Source: Candidatus Omnitrophota bacterium | GTDB taxonomy: Bacteria; Omnitrophota; Omnitrophia; Omnitrophales; JACROU01 | NCBI GenBank assembly: GCA_029261035.1 | Contig: JAJDCD010000004.1 | Location: 132,765-196,764, forward strand | Direction: 5' to 3' | Length of the DNA stretch: 64,000 nt | Shown here: positions 29,186 through 39,476 of the stretch, in pieces | How the letters are laid out: every line of letters starts with the position of its first letter | Position numbering within the stretch: position 1 is the first letter of the stretch | The notes under the pieces: model-generated | Seen by the model: only the letters and a program-made list of their open reading frames with translations | What the model was told of the DNA's origin: nothing | The model's database searches: none | Program-made: the position numbers and the translations under genes

Positions 29186-32100
29186 TTAAGAAGCTTTAGA
29201 TATCGGCTGAGGATCTACTTGCGATGCCGCATTCGCTTTAGAAAGTATATGAGTCACTTTTTTCTTCGCCTCATCCATTTTAGGATAGCGAACTTTTCTA
29301 TAACCCCGAACATATTCAGGAGACTCAAAGATTGTGACATAATCCTGGTAAGAGGTTTTTCCATTTAAAGTCAGCTCATCTACTAAATCAATGTACCAGT
29401 CTCTAAATTGTTTTTCTTTTCGATGCCAAGCTGGAAGTAGTTTTCTTAAAATTCTTAGATGCTTCATAATATTCAACATCCAATCCTTGGTTTTCATATC
29501 AAACTCTATATCCCAAGAACCAATCGTGAATTGAGGACGATTAATATGTGTGTATTTCACTTTATCCCCTCGGTTCAGATCAATACCATATCGTTCCTTG
29601 TCTCTTCGATATTTCTCGACACTGGTTAGCAAATGAGCCACATAAATCTCGTCTTTAATCAACATCACTTTAGCCAAATACAAAATCACAGCTTTAGTAA
29701 CAAGATAACCTTGTTCATCTTTATCTCGAAGATAAATCGACTTAATTCTATCTAAGTATTTTTGCGCATAAGCTAGATCTTCAAACTGAATCAAATCATA
29801 AGTTCGAAGAGCAATTTGCAAGTTCGTTTCATCATCCAATTTTAGGAACTTCACAACCTCTTCAACGTTACGTTTGTACTCTTCAGCTATCTTCTTATTA
29901 CTATTTTTTTGAGACAAAATTTCAAACTTATCATCGATCATCTCTTTATATGTTGCTAAACTTTTTTCTTTCTCAAATTGAGCTGGGTTCTCAGCTACTT
30001 TTCTACCCAAGTTAAAAGCTCTTAAATTTTTCTCAAATCCCCGTTTAGTTGCTGTTGCTTTAATTGCCCATTCAATATTTTCTAAATTTATAGGAAGCTC
30101 ACCCTTTTGATATGCAATACCTAGCATCACAATATTAGAAAAAATAGTATTTCCTAAAAGCTTTTGAGCAATGTCAGAAACATTCACTCCAAAAAAACGT
30201 TCTCTCTTAGAAGAAGCACAAATCATTTCTTCTAAATCTGAAGGGTCAAAATCGTCTTCACCCAACAACATCGTAATGGTAGGTGTTTTTGCTGTATTCA
30301 CAACCGCCGCCGTGTAATCAGGGCTCCCAACGCGTAAATTAAGTTTAGGGTCAAAACTACGAACACTTTCGAGCAAATCAAGGCCTAAGACCAAGTTAGC
30401 TTTTCCGTAAGGAATAATTGGAGAAATAATATTTAGATGATCTTTCTGTGTAAATGTAACGTGCGAATAAACTCCTCCATTACGAATCGCTAGTCCTTTT
30501 TTATCCGCAAAATCAACACGATAACCTTGCTTCAAACCCGCTTGAACCAAAATTGCTGTAACCAAACCAATTCCCATGCCCCCCACACCTGCTAAATAGG
30601 CACTCCACGAATCATCAAACTTATTTAAGTTTGGCAAAGGCAAGTTAGACAAATCAACATCATCCATAGGATCTACTGGTTTTTTATTTCGAACAACAGT
30701 CAATTCTTCAAAAGAAGGGCATGCCTTAACACGAGCACATGCTCCATCTGAAACACACAAAGACAAGTCTGTTGCAATCTTTGGGCCGTAGTGTGTTTTT
30801 TCAACCGTCAAACCAGGGCAACCTGTTGTTGTAGTACACTCCAAACAATTTTCGCAAACTTCAGGAGTTACATTAACAAATGTTTTTTCAGGAAGAAAAC
30901 CTTTATCCCGAATCACCGTTTGTTCATCCCGAATCACTTGGCGATTATAAGTAATACCACACTCTTTATCCGCTATAACAATTTTAACCCCTTTTTCTAG
31001 AACGGTTTTTTCTAAAAGATCTCTATAGCTATCTCGATATTCAGGGTTAACTCGATAAACTGGGATCTCACTATTTTTCGCCATCCCCTTAACCACTTCT
31101 TCAATATTTTGTTTAAAGGTCGACTCTCCCAAAATATCATAATTCTGTCCCGGAGTTGGCTGATGCCCTGTCATCGCTGTTGTATCGTTATCTAAAATCA
31201 TAACCATAATATCTTGGCCGTGTTTCATAGCATCCGAAATTGCAATCATTCCTGAGTGAAAGAACGTCCCATCTCCCATAAACACAATTTGCTTATTATC
31301 AATAAACGGATCAATACCTGCCCCCGTCGCAATACCGAGCCCCATACCGGAGTAATTATGCATCAAAGACTTATTCGGTTTAAACATCAACATCGTGTAG
31401 CAACCCGTATCTCCATGAAAAACTAAATCCACAGAACCTTTAACACCATGATTCTTTTCCATATACTCGACATTCATAAAATTAGTTTTCATATCTAAGA
31501 AAACACTAGAAGAATCTCTATGGGGACATCCGGGACAAAAAGCAGGTGTTCTTGTTGGAATTTGAATATCAAATTGAGATGTTTTCTCAATTAAATTAAT
31601 TTCGCGCTCCCAATAAGAAATAACTTCTTTTTCCTGTTTCAATTCCATATGTTTTAAAAGAGGCACTAAAATTTCAATTAAGACAGAGGTGTTTAAACCT
31701 CGAGTCGAAGGAATTGGTGTTATCCCGCCAGGAAAGTTTTTTCCCCAAACAGAATTCCGTCTAGAAATTTTTCCTTTTTGTTCCGCCACTTTTAAAATTT
31801 CTGTGATTTGAGTTTCAATAAAACTTCTCTTCTCTTCCACAACAACGATATGGTCAACCTGATTAGAAAAATTCAAAAGAATCTCAGAATCAATGGGATA
31901 AGTTAACCCATATTTTAAAATAGGAATTTGTCCTCTAAGCCCTAATAATTCCAAAGCATGTTCCAAGTATCCATAAGCAAGTCCACTCGTAACAAAACCT
32001 ATTCTTTCAACAGAACCTTCCTTCGCTGGGTTAATAATTTTATCTAATTGTTGTTTGCGCACGTATTGATGCAACACCTCATAGCGCCCTTGCAACGTCT

Positions 32101-32776
32101 CTTCTCTTTCCGCTGTACGAGGAGAAAGAACAACTGTTTCTTCTACTGGAATTTTTTCTGTATCTAAAGTGACATGATTATGAGCATTAATTTCAGGATA
32201 TTGATTTGGGGAAACTTCGACCGTTGCACCACCATCCGCTAAGTTCGTGGTCACAAGATAAGTTATGTAAAGGTTAGAACATTGAGAAGCCTCAAAACCG
32301 ATTCGAATCCAATCCTTTAATTCTTGAAAAGTTGCAGGCTCCATTATTGGCATATGTAAATGTTGGGATAAAAATCGAGAATCTGTTGGAACTTGTGTGC
32401 TTTCAGACCATGGGTCATCACCCACAACAACCAGAGCGCCACCCTTACTGCCTGCTTTAGAAATATTCCCCAAAGCTAAACCGTCAGAGGCTACATGAAG
32501 ACCTACACTCTTCATAACACAAAGACCTCGAATATCCGACATCTGAGAACCATTTAAACGCGCAACACCCAAAGCTTCATTATTGGCGATCTGAAGCAGA
32601 ACACCTTTTTCCTTCAAAACTTCATCTGCTTGCTTTGCAATATTAAAGAAATCAGCCACAGGAGATCCTGGATACCCTGTAAGTAAACTGGCACCCCCTT
32701 CTAAAGCTCCCTTAAAGAGAAGCTCCGTCCCCGTGTATGCTTGAATTCCTGATTCTTGAATAAATCGTTTGTCCAT
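29186..32776 (-). CDS. Indolepyruvate ferredoxin oxidoreductase family protein (fused subunits)
   Basis: GYPGSP, FCPGCPH, GDGTFFHSG TPP motif, CENCLEC...C ferredoxin, GVGGMG gamma domain, IKDEIYVA. Confidence 0.9.
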   Translation of the reverse strand: MDKRFIQESGIQAYTGTELLFKGALEGGASLLTGYPGSPVADFFNIAKQADEVLKEKGVLLQIANNEALGVARLNGSQMSDIRGLCVMKSVGLHVASDGLALGNISKAGSKGGALVVVGDDPWSESTQVPTDSRFLSQHLHMPIMEPATFQELKDWIRIGFEASQCSNLYITYLVTTNLADGGATVEVSPNQYPEINAHNHVTLDTEKIPVEETVVLSPRTAEREETLQGRYEVLHQYVRKQQLDKIINPAKEGSVERIGFVTSGLAYGYLEHALELLGLRGQIPILKYGLTYPIDSEILLNFSNQVDHIVVVEEKRSFIETQITEILKVAEQKGKISRRNSVWGKNFPGGITPIPSTRGLNTSVLIEILVPLLKHMELKQEKEVISYWEREINLIEKTSQFDIQIPTRTPAFCPGCPHRDSSSVFLDMKTNFMNVEYMEKNHGVKGSVDLVFHGDTGCYTMLMFKPNKSLMHNYSGMGLGIATGAGIDPFIDNKQIVFMGDGTFFHSGMIAISDAMKHGQDIMVMILDNDTTAMTGHQPTPGQNYDILGESTFKQNIEEVVKGMAKNSEIPVYRVNPEYRDSYRDLLEKTVLEKGVKIVIADKECGITYNRQVIRDEQTVIRDKGFLPEKTFVNVTPEVCENCLECTTTTGCPGLTVEKTHYGPKIATDLSLCVSDGACARVKACPSFEELTVVRNKKPVDPMDDVDLSNLPLPNLNKFDDSWSAYLAGVGGMGIGLVTAILVQAGLKQGYRVDFADKKGLAIRNGGVYSHVTFTQKDHLNIISPIIPYGKANLVLGLDLLESVRSFDPKLNLRVGSPDYTAAVVNTAKTPTITMLLGEDDFDPSDLEEMICASSKRERFFGVNVSDIAQKLLGNTIFSNIVMLGIAYQKGELPINLENIEWAIKATATKRGFEKNLRAFNLGRKVAENPAQFEKEKSLATYKEMIDDKFEILSQKNSNKKIAEEYKRNVEEVVKFLKLDDETNLQIALRTYDLIQFEDLAYAQKYLDRIKSIYLRDKDEQGYLVTKAVILYLAKVMLIKDEIYVAHLLTSVEKYRRDKERYGIDLNRGDKVKYTHINRPQFTIGSWDIEFDMKTKDWMLNIMKHLRILRKLLPAWHRKEKQFRDWYIDLVDELTLNGKTSYQDYVTIFESPEYVRGYRKVRYPKMDEAKKKVTHILSKANAASQVDPQPISKAS

Positions 32777-32885
32777 TTATTTCCCTTAACTATAGAATTA
32801 TTTTGATTTAGATATCCCTATCCCAATTACGTCCTATAAGAAGGTTAGAATAAGGTTCATAGAGAGCCTTTATTTCAGATCAAAA

Positions 32886-33719
32886 TCAGAAGGGTATTTT
32901 AAACTTTTCTTGCAGAGTTTGGAAGTAACTTCTTTTAGAACTTTTGATTAATTTGACAGGAGTTTCACTCTGAGTTACCTCTATAAGGTGATTTTCGCCT
33001 ATTTGAAGGCTATTTTGGCCATCTGCCACTAAAAGCGCATGCTCTTCTGGAGCCCGACAAACGATCTTCGAAACGATCTTTTCAGAGCCAGGAACAACAA
33101 TTGGCCTTAACGAGGACACATGAGGACAAATCGCTGTAATAATAATGCCGTTCATTCTAGGATGAACAATAGGCCCTCCAGCAGATAAAGAGTACGCCGT
33201 CGAACCTGTTGGCGTCGCAATAATAACTCCATCTCCAGAATAACTCGTAAAAGTTTCTGAGCCAATTTTTAACTCAACTCTCAAATAACGAGTCAAACCT
33301 TCCCTATTAATCACAATATCATTAAACGCTTGAAAGCGACGGTTCTCATTTGTCTTCTCATCTTTAACACGGCAAGACAACATCGTCCTCTCTTCAATTT
33401 TATACTCTCCAGAAAATACCGTTTTCAATTCTTCAAACAACTCTTCTTTTTTTACTTCCGTAATAAATCCTAAATTTCCCAAATTCACACCCAAAACTGG
33501 AACCGAACGATGAACCATATGATGAGTCAAATTCAAAAGAGTCCCATCACCTCCCATACAAATCAAAAGTTCTGCACTCGCAAGAATCTCATCAATTTGA
33601 GTCGTCTCATTGTCCAAGACAGAGCAACTCCGTTTCTCAAGCCACTGCCTCAACTCTTGCAGCAACTCCAAAGCCCCCTCTTTATTAGAATTAATAACAA
33701 TACCAATATTTTTCATCAT
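32886..33719 (-). CDS. nadK: NAD kinase
   Basis: GGDGT, GVNLGNLGF, ND, GDGVIIATPTGSTAYSLSAGG. Confidence 0.96.
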   Translation of the reverse strand: MMKNIGIVINSNKEGALELLQELRQWLEKRSCSVLDNETTQIDEILASAELLICMGGDGTLLNLTHHMVHRSVPVLGVNLGNLGFITEVKKEELFEELKTVFSGEYKIEERTMLSCRVKDEKTNENRRFQAFNDIVINREGLTRYLRVELKIGSETFTSYSGDGVIIATPTGSTAYSLSAGGPIVHPRMNGIIITAICPHVSSLRPIVVPGSEKIVSKIVCRAPEEHALLVADGQNSLQIGENHLIEVTQSETPVKLIKSSKRSYFQTLQEKFKIPF

Positions 33720-33727
33720 TTGTCACT

Positions 33728-33759
33728 ATAGCGCACAGCGTTTAGCGTAGAGCGTATAG
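33728..33759. repeat. Single 32-bp heptamer block
   Basis: ATAGCGC ACAGCGT TTAGCGT AGAGCGT ATAG. Confidence 0.8.
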
Positions 33760-33891
33760 ATTCCTTTATCTTTAAATAAATTTATATTTATTGCGCGAAG
33801 CACCTTATCTACCTTATAACAAAATTTGGCTCGATGCCAAACTTTGTTACCCCTCCCCACACAAAAAAATATGTGTACTCCCTAAGGAGGA

Positions 33892-33966
33892 GGAAGCATT
33901 CCTTACCGCCGCGAGTTGCGCAGGGCAAAGCCCGAGCATGTCTGAGCGCCGGAAAGGAATACTTCC
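33892..33966. repeat. Structured element copy 2
   Basis: GGAAGCATTCCTT...CGCCGCGAGTT...GTCTGAGCGCC...AAGGAATACTTCC. Confidence 0.8.
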
Positions 33967-34004
33967 GACGACTAAAACTTCCCACAACCACCCATTTTTT
34001 CCAA

Positions 34005-35891
34005 TTAACTTAAAGCAGAAAGGTCTTTAGTTTTATCTAAAATAGTTTTGGAGATCTTTTCAGGAGTAAGACCAAACTTATCAAAAATAATCTCACGCTC
34101 CCCATGCTGAATCACCTCATCCGGCACAGCAATTCGCTGAACATCCACATTCCTCAACTCATTTCTTTCACAAAATTCCAAAACACGCGCCCCTAACCCA
34201 CCCGAGTACACATGATCTTCAATCACCACCCATTTGGTAATAGACTCTGAAAGTTTTTTCAATAAAGTTTCATCTAGTGGCTTAGCAAATCTTAAGTTTA
34301 CAACCGTCGCTTGAATCCCTTGTTCTCTTAACAACTCTCTAACCACGAGCGCTCTAGAAACAAAAGACCCTATCGCCAAAATTGCTACATCATTCCCATC
34401 TGCAACAATTTCACCCTCACCAATCTTAAAGAGGTTCTTTGCTTCCCCTTCAATTTCAGGAACATTTTCTTTAGGATAACGAATTGAAAACACACCTTGA
34501 TGTTCTAAAGATAAACGCATCATCTGATTCATTTCAAAATCAGTCCAAGGACTACAAATCACAGAGTTAGGAATCACTCCTACATAACCAATATCAAACA
34601 AACCTTGATGTGTTGGACCATCAGGACCTACTACTCCAGCTCGATCCAAACAAAAGGTTACATTAACATCTTGTATTGTTACATCGTGAATCAGTTGGTC
34701 AAAAGCTCTTTGAAGAAAAGTAGAATAAATGGCACAAATGGGCTTTATCCCCGATCGGGCTAATGCTCCTGCAAATGAAACAGCATGCTGTTCAGCAATA
34801 CCAACGTCAAAAAAACGATCTGGAAATTTATCTTGGAAGGGTCTCAACCCTGTTCCTTCTCTCATCGCTGCCGTAATTGCAACAACCTTAGGATCTTCCT
34901 CTGCTAGAAGTGTCAAATTATTCACAAAACAATTGGTATAACTCAAAGGAGCTGGAGTTACTGTTGCTTTTTTCTTTGGAGCTCCTGATTCCAAATGAAA
35001 CGGCTGAACTCCATGAGAAGTTACAGGGTCTTTCTCTGCAAATTCACACCCTTTCCCCTTCTTAGTAATCAGATGAAGCAAAATAGGTTTTTTAATATCT
35101 TTGATATTTTTAAATAATTTAACCAGCTCTTTAACATCATGGCCATCTACCGGACCAAAATAGCGAAAACCTAATTCCTCAAAAACAATCCCAGGCACTA
35201 ATAAATTCTTAAAACCTTCCTCAGCATTCTTAACCAATTTTCTTAACCGAGGAAAATTATTAAGTTGTTCTTCTAATTTTTTTCTAACGCGATTATAAAT
35301 AGGGGCAGAAATAATTCTATTGAGATAAGTGCTAATTGCTCCTACATTTGGAGAAATAGACATTTCATTATCATTGAGAATACAAAGAAAATCTGTTTTG
35401 ATGTGGCCAGCGTTGTTTAAAGCTTCATAACAAACACCACCCGTTAACGCTCCATCACCAAAGATAGAAACTATTTTTTCATCTCCACCCTTCAAATCTC
35501 GGGCAACCGCAAGACCTAAACCTTGAGACACTGCTGTGGAGGCGTGTCCAACACTAAAATGATCATGAACACTTTCAGTATGGCTCGTAAAACCACTTAA
35601 ACCTTCATATGTACGAATCGTTTTCATTCGATCCCGCCTGCCCGTAATCAGCTTATGCGCATACACCTGATGACCCACATCCCAGACGAACTTATCTTTC
35701 GGAGAATCAAAAACATAATGAAGAGCCACAATCAAATCAACCGTACCCAAAGACGCCCCTAAATGCCCCCCTGTTTCAGAGGTTATCTCTACAAGCTCTT
35801 CTCTTAAACCAGCGCACACCTCGGGCAATTGCTCTATCGATAGCTTCTTTAAGTCTTCTGGGCTTTTAATCGTTTCAGACAATCGGGACAT
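34005..35891 (-). CDS. dxs: 1-deoxy-D-xylulose-5-phosphate synthase
   Basis: GGHLGASLG, WDVGHQ, GDGALTGG, NDNEMSI, DVGIAEQHA, DGPTHQG. Confidence 0.97.
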   Translation of the reverse strand: MSRLSETIKSPEDLKKLSIEQLPEVCAGLREELVEITSETGGHLGASLGTVDLIVALHYVFDSPKDKFVWDVGHQVYAHKLITGRRDRMKTIRTYEGLSGFTSHTESVHDHFSVGHASTAVSQGLGLAVARDLKGGDEKIVSIFGDGALTGGVCYEALNNAGHIKTDFLCILNDNEMSISPNVGAISTYLNRIISAPIYNRVRKKLEEQLNNFPRLRKLVKNAEEGFKNLLVPGIVFEELGFRYFGPVDGHDVKELVKLFKNIKDIKKPILLHLITKKGKGCEFAEKDPVTSHGVQPFHLESGAPKKKATVTPAPLSYTNCFVNNLTLLAEEDPKVVAITAAMREGTGLRPFQDKFPDRFFDVGIAEQHAVSFAGALARSGIKPICAIYSTFLQRAFDQLIHDVTIQDVNVTFCLDRAGVVGPDGPTHQGLFDIGYVGVIPNSVICSPWTDFEMNQMMRLSLEHQGVFSIRYPKENVPEIEGEAKNLFKIGEGEIVADGNDVAILAIGSFVSRALVVRELLREQGIQATVVNLRFAKPLDETLLKKLSESITKWVVIEDHVYSGGLGARVLEFCERNELRNVDVQRIAVPDEVIQHGEREIIFDKFGLTPEKISKTILDKTKDLSALS

Positions 35892-35898
35892 GATCAGA

Positions 35899-36720
35899 CT
35901 ACTTCTTTCTATTTAATATAAGATCTGCTATTTCTGCTAATCTTTTAGACTTTGAATTCAAAAATTGGATGCTCTTTTTTGCTTTAACCGTCACACTAGA
36001 CGCTTCATTGAAAGCTTCATGACGGGACATTATACGTGTAAACCCGTCAGAGTCCAGTATATCATCCACAATTTGGAAGGTGAAACCGAGGTGACATCCA
36101 TAATCATCCATTGCCTTCAAATGTTGCTTTGAAGCTTTAGCTATAAGTGCTCCAGATAAACAACTTACACGAATCAGCTGCCCCGTTTTCTGTATATTCA
36201 CATAAGAAATCTCTGGCAGCTCTAAAGACTCTTTATTCTCTAATTCTTTATCTACAACTTGCCCACCTACCATACCCATCGATCCTATAGCATGTGTAAT
36301 TAAAGGAAGTAACTTATGAACAACCTTACTATCTTTAACCTCACTCAAAATTTGAAAGGCGATCGTCAATAGAGCATCCCCTGTTAAAACAGCATTCGCT
36401 TCTCCGAATCTCTTATGACATGTTGGTTTTCCACGACGGTAATCATCATTGTCCATACAAGGAAGGTCGTCATGCACTAGTGAATAACAATGAATAAGCT
36501 CTAAAGCACATGCCGCAGGAAGCACATCTTTAAGTTTTCCACCCAAAGCCTCACATACTGCGATCGCTAAAATAGGACGAAAGCGCTTCCCTCCATTAAA
36601 AACAGAATAACGCATCGCTTGATGAATTGTTTTTGGGTAAGCTGTACTTTTAGGAAGGTAATTTTTGAGGGCCTCTTCCACAATTTTTTTATTTTTATCG
36701 AAATATTGTTTTAGTGTCAT
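35899..36720 (-). CDS. ispA: Polyprenyl (farnesyl/geranylgeranyl) diphosphate synthase
   Basis: GGKRFRP, SLVHDDLPCMDNDDYRRG, FQIVDDILD; xseB-ispA-dxs synteny. Confidence 0.9.
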   Translation of the reverse strand: MTLKQYFDKNKKIVEEALKNYLPKSTAYPKTIHQAMRYSVFNGGKRFRPILAIAVCEALGGKLKDVLPAACALELIHCYSLVHDDLPCMDNDDYRRGKPTCHKRFGEANAVLTGDALLTIAFQILSEVKDSKVVHKLLPLITHAIGSMGMVGGQVVDKELENKESLELPEISYVNIQKTGQLIRVSCLSGALIAKASKQHLKAMDDYGCHLGFTFQIVDDILDSDGFTRIMSRHEAFNEASSVTVKAKKSIQFLNSKSKRLAEIADLILNRKK

Positions 36721-37028
36721 TAAAAAAGGCTTCCCTCATCTTCATCTGATTTAGAAGATTTCTTTTTACGTGTTTTTTTTAAAGCTCCTGTAGATTCATC
36801 TTGTTCTAAATCAAAATCTTCAGTTTCAATCTTACCATTCAATGCTTTGGTTAAAATTTCAACTTTTTTTTCAGCTTGGGTCAATTTCTCAGTACAAATT
36901 CGAGATAATTTCACCCCTTCTTCATATTGTTTTATCGCATCTTCCAAAGAAACATCCCCAGACTCTAACTGAGAAACAATACTCTCCAACTGATCAATTG
37001 CCTTTTCAAACTTTACTTCTCCGCTCAT
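36720..37028 (-). CDS. xseB: Exodeoxyribonuclease VII small subunit
   Basis: FEKAIDQLESIVSQLESGDVSLEDAIKQYEEG. Confidence 0.95.
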   Translation of the reverse strand: MSGEVKFEKAIDQLESIVSQLESGDVSLEDAIKQYEEGVKLSRICTEKLTQAEKKVEILTKALNGKIETEDFDLEQDESTGALKKTRKKKSSKSDEDEGSLF

Positions 37029-37078
37029 AAAACACCTCCTCCTTTTACGCTTAATAATTTATTTCGGATTCAAACCGC

Positions 37079-37143
37079 ATTTCCGCACATGCGGAAATAC
37101 CTTCAACCAAAATAAATTAGGTGCTCGATGCACCTAATTTATT
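37079..37143. repeat. Two perfect hairpins in the xseA-xseB spacer
   Basis: ATTTCCGCA-CA-TGCGGAAAT (37079-37098) and AATAAATTAGGTGC-TCGAT-GCACCTAATTTATT (37111-37143). Confidence 0.65.
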
Positions 37144-37171
37144 ATCCCTCCACACCCCCTAAAGAAGTAAA

Positions 37172-37259
37172 GAACCATGGAGTTACCCTCGCCGCGAGTT
37201 CACAAAAATCGCATTTCAATTTTTGTGCTGTCTGAGCGCCGAGGGTAACTCCATGGTTC
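37172..37259. repeat. Structured element copy 3
   Basis: 19-bp perfect outer stem GAACCATGGAGTTACCCTC/GAGGGTAACTCCATGGTTC around the conserved core; overlaps the xseA stop codon. Confidence 0.85.
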
Positions 37260-38553
37260 ACAACAACCTCTTAACCTTCTCAACCCTCTTAACTTCCGAC
37301 TCCACAACCCCCTTACCCAACTGCGTCCTAATCATCTCCCCAACCTTCAACTGCCCAGCTTCCCTAACCGGCTTCATCTTCTCATCCACCGTAACACTAT
37401 ACCCTCTAGACAAAATCCCCAAAGGACTCAAAGCATCCAATTGGGCCAGTAATTTAGAAAATCCCGCTTTCTTTTGCAACAAAACATTACTCAACAAAGG
37501 AGTCATCTGAATTCGAGACAACTGAATTCTCTTATCCGATACCACACCCAAAAGATAATTCGACATCTGCCTCAAAAGCTCATCCAATCTCTGCCTTGCT
37601 TGTTCTACTAATCGCTCTGGTTGCGTCAGCGCATAACTCTCTTTCGCATTCGTGATTCTCTCTTTTAAATCTTCTAAAAGATTCTTAACAGCCAAAAGCA
37701 TTCTTTCTTTATTTTCTCTCAACTGCCCCAACAACTCATCTCGACTCGGAACCGCTATCTCAGCCGCTTGAGAAGGAGTCGCCGCTCTCTTATCCGCAAC
37801 AAAGTCACTGATCGTCACATCCACTTCATGGCCCACTGCAGAAATAATTGGAATTTCAGAATTAAAAATAGCACGCGCTACAACTTCTTCATTAAAAGCC
37901 CATAAATCTTCTAAACTTCCTCCTCCACGTCCCACAATCAAAACATCACATAACTTATGCTTATTCATCGACTCAATCGCTTCTACAATTTCTTCTCGAG
38001 CACCGTCCCCTTGCACTTTAACGGGGTATAATAAAATCGGTATCCCAGGGAACCTCCTCTGAGACACATTAATAATATCTCGAATAACAGCCCCTGTTGG
38101 AGACGTAATCACCCCAATTCTTTCCGGCAAAAATGGGATCTCTTTTTTATATTCTTCTTCAAACAAACCTTCATTCTTCAACTTTTCAATCAGCTGTCTC
38201 AAAGCCAGCTCTAAGGCCCCAACACCTTTCGGCTCTACTCTCTCAACAACAATCTGATAATTCCCACGCTTTTCATAAACAGTCACTTTCCCAAACACCA
38301 CAACCTGCAACCCATCTTTCATTTCAAAAGGAATTTTTGCGTTTACGTTTCTAAAAATAACTGCGGAAATTTGAGCTCCTTCATCTTTTAAACTCAAATA
38401 CATATGTCCAGAAGAATGGTGTACTAGATTAGATATTTCTCCCTCAATCCAAACAGAACCATACTGAGTTTCGAGAGAACGTCGAATTTGTCGGGTAATA
38501 TCTGAAATGGAATGGATTGTTTTTTGTTGCTCATCTTTTTCTAAATCAAGCAT
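37258..38553 (-). CDS. xseA: Exodeoxyribonuclease VII large subunit
   Basis: GEISN..SGHMYLSLKD, GVITSPTGAVIRD, GRGGGSLEDLWAFN, SAVGHE, TPS. Confidence 0.97.
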   Translation of the reverse strand: MLDLEKDEQQKTIHSISDITRQIRRSLETQYGSVWIEGEISNLVHHSSGHMYLSLKDEGAQISAVIFRNVNAKIPFEMKDGLQVVVFGKVTVYEKRGNYQIVVERVEPKGVGALELALRQLIEKLKNEGLFEEEYKKEIPFLPERIGVITSPTGAVIRDIINVSQRRFPGIPILLYPVKVQGDGAREEIVEAIESMNKHKLCDVLIVGRGGGSLEDLWAFNEEVVARAIFNSEIPIISAVGHEVDVTISDFVADKRAATPSQAAEIAVPSRDELLGQLRENKERMLLAVKNLLEDLKERITNAKESYALTQPERLVEQARQRLDELLRQMSNYLLGVVSDKRIQLSRIQMTPLLSNVLLQKKAGFSKLLAQLDALSPLGILSRGYSVTVDEKMKPVREAGQLKVGEMIRTQLGKGVVESEVKRVEKVKRLL

Positions 38554-38580
38554 AGATTCCTACCCAAAGTTTAAAGGTTG

Positions 38581-39375
38581 TTATTTCTGTAAAAATTCCT
38601 GCACACGTTCTATATGAGTTGCTTTACCTGTATTCACATCAACATCAACAATTGCTCCACAAAGCCGTACATCTTCAGTAGCAACATCAAATTTAGAAGG
38701 AAGTTGATTTATAAATTTATAAAGAACAGGTTCGATTTCGCGGCCAATAACAGATTGATGAGGGCCTGTCATGCCCGCATCCGTGATATAGCCTGTTCCT
38801 TTAGGCAACACTCGTTCATCCGCTGTTTGAACATGCGTATGGGTTCCAAACACACAAGAAACTTGTCCGTCCAAAAACCAACCCATCGCCACTTTTTCTG
38901 AAGTTGCTTCTGCGTGCATATCGACAACAATTACTTTCGCATGACCTTTTATTTCTTTTAAAATCCGTTTTACTTTTCTAAAAGGACAATCCAAAGGCTC
39001 CATAAAAACTCGTCCCATCAAATTAATCACAGCAATAGGAACTCCACCCGGAGTTTCTGTAATCACATAACCACGCCCCGGAGTTCCATCAGGATAATTG
39101 GCAGGTCGAATAATACGTTCATCTTCCTCGACCAAATCAACAGCTTCTTTTTTTCGGAAGGTATGATCCCCTAAAGTAACTAAGTCTGTTTCTCCTATAA
39201 AAATATCTTTAATCGTGGAAGGGGTTAAACTGGATCCTCCCGCAATATTCTCTGCATTCGAAATCACATAATCGACATTTTTATTCTTCTTAATTTCAGG
39301 AATCAGCTTCATACAAGCTTCTCGTCCTGGTTTTCCAACAATATCTCCAACAACTAAAATTCTCAAATTCGACAT
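38581..39375 (-). CDS. YmdB/TIGR00282-family metallophosphoesterase
   Basis: GDIVGKPG, NAEN, DMHAEATSEK, GTHTHVQTAD, DAGMTG; start set at MSNLRI. Confidence 0.92.
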   Translation of the reverse strand: MSNLRILVVGDIVGKPGREACMKLIPEIKKNKNVDYVISNAENIAGGSSLTPSTIKDIFIGETDLVTLGDHTFRKKEAVDLVEEDERIIRPANYPDGTPGRGYVITETPGGVPIAVINLMGRVFMEPLDCPFRKVKRILKEIKGHAKVIVVDMHAEATSEKVAMGWFLDGQVSCVFGTHTHVQTADERVLPKGTGYITDAGMTGPHQSVIGREIEPVLYKFINQLPSKFDVATEDVRLCGAIVDVDVNTGKATHIERVQEFLQK

Positions 39376-39476
39376 AAGACTCCTCTTGTCCTGCTTATAG
39401 TTTATAGCTCTTGGCTTTTGGTTGAATTTATTATCAAAAAATGCTTTTACCAAAAGCTAAGAGCCAAAAACCATCC

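Noticed and set aside
33791-34030. Short ORFs over the structured element (also 37223-37510 and 60081-60480)
   Set aside because: They overlap non-coding repeats or tRNA and show no protein features.
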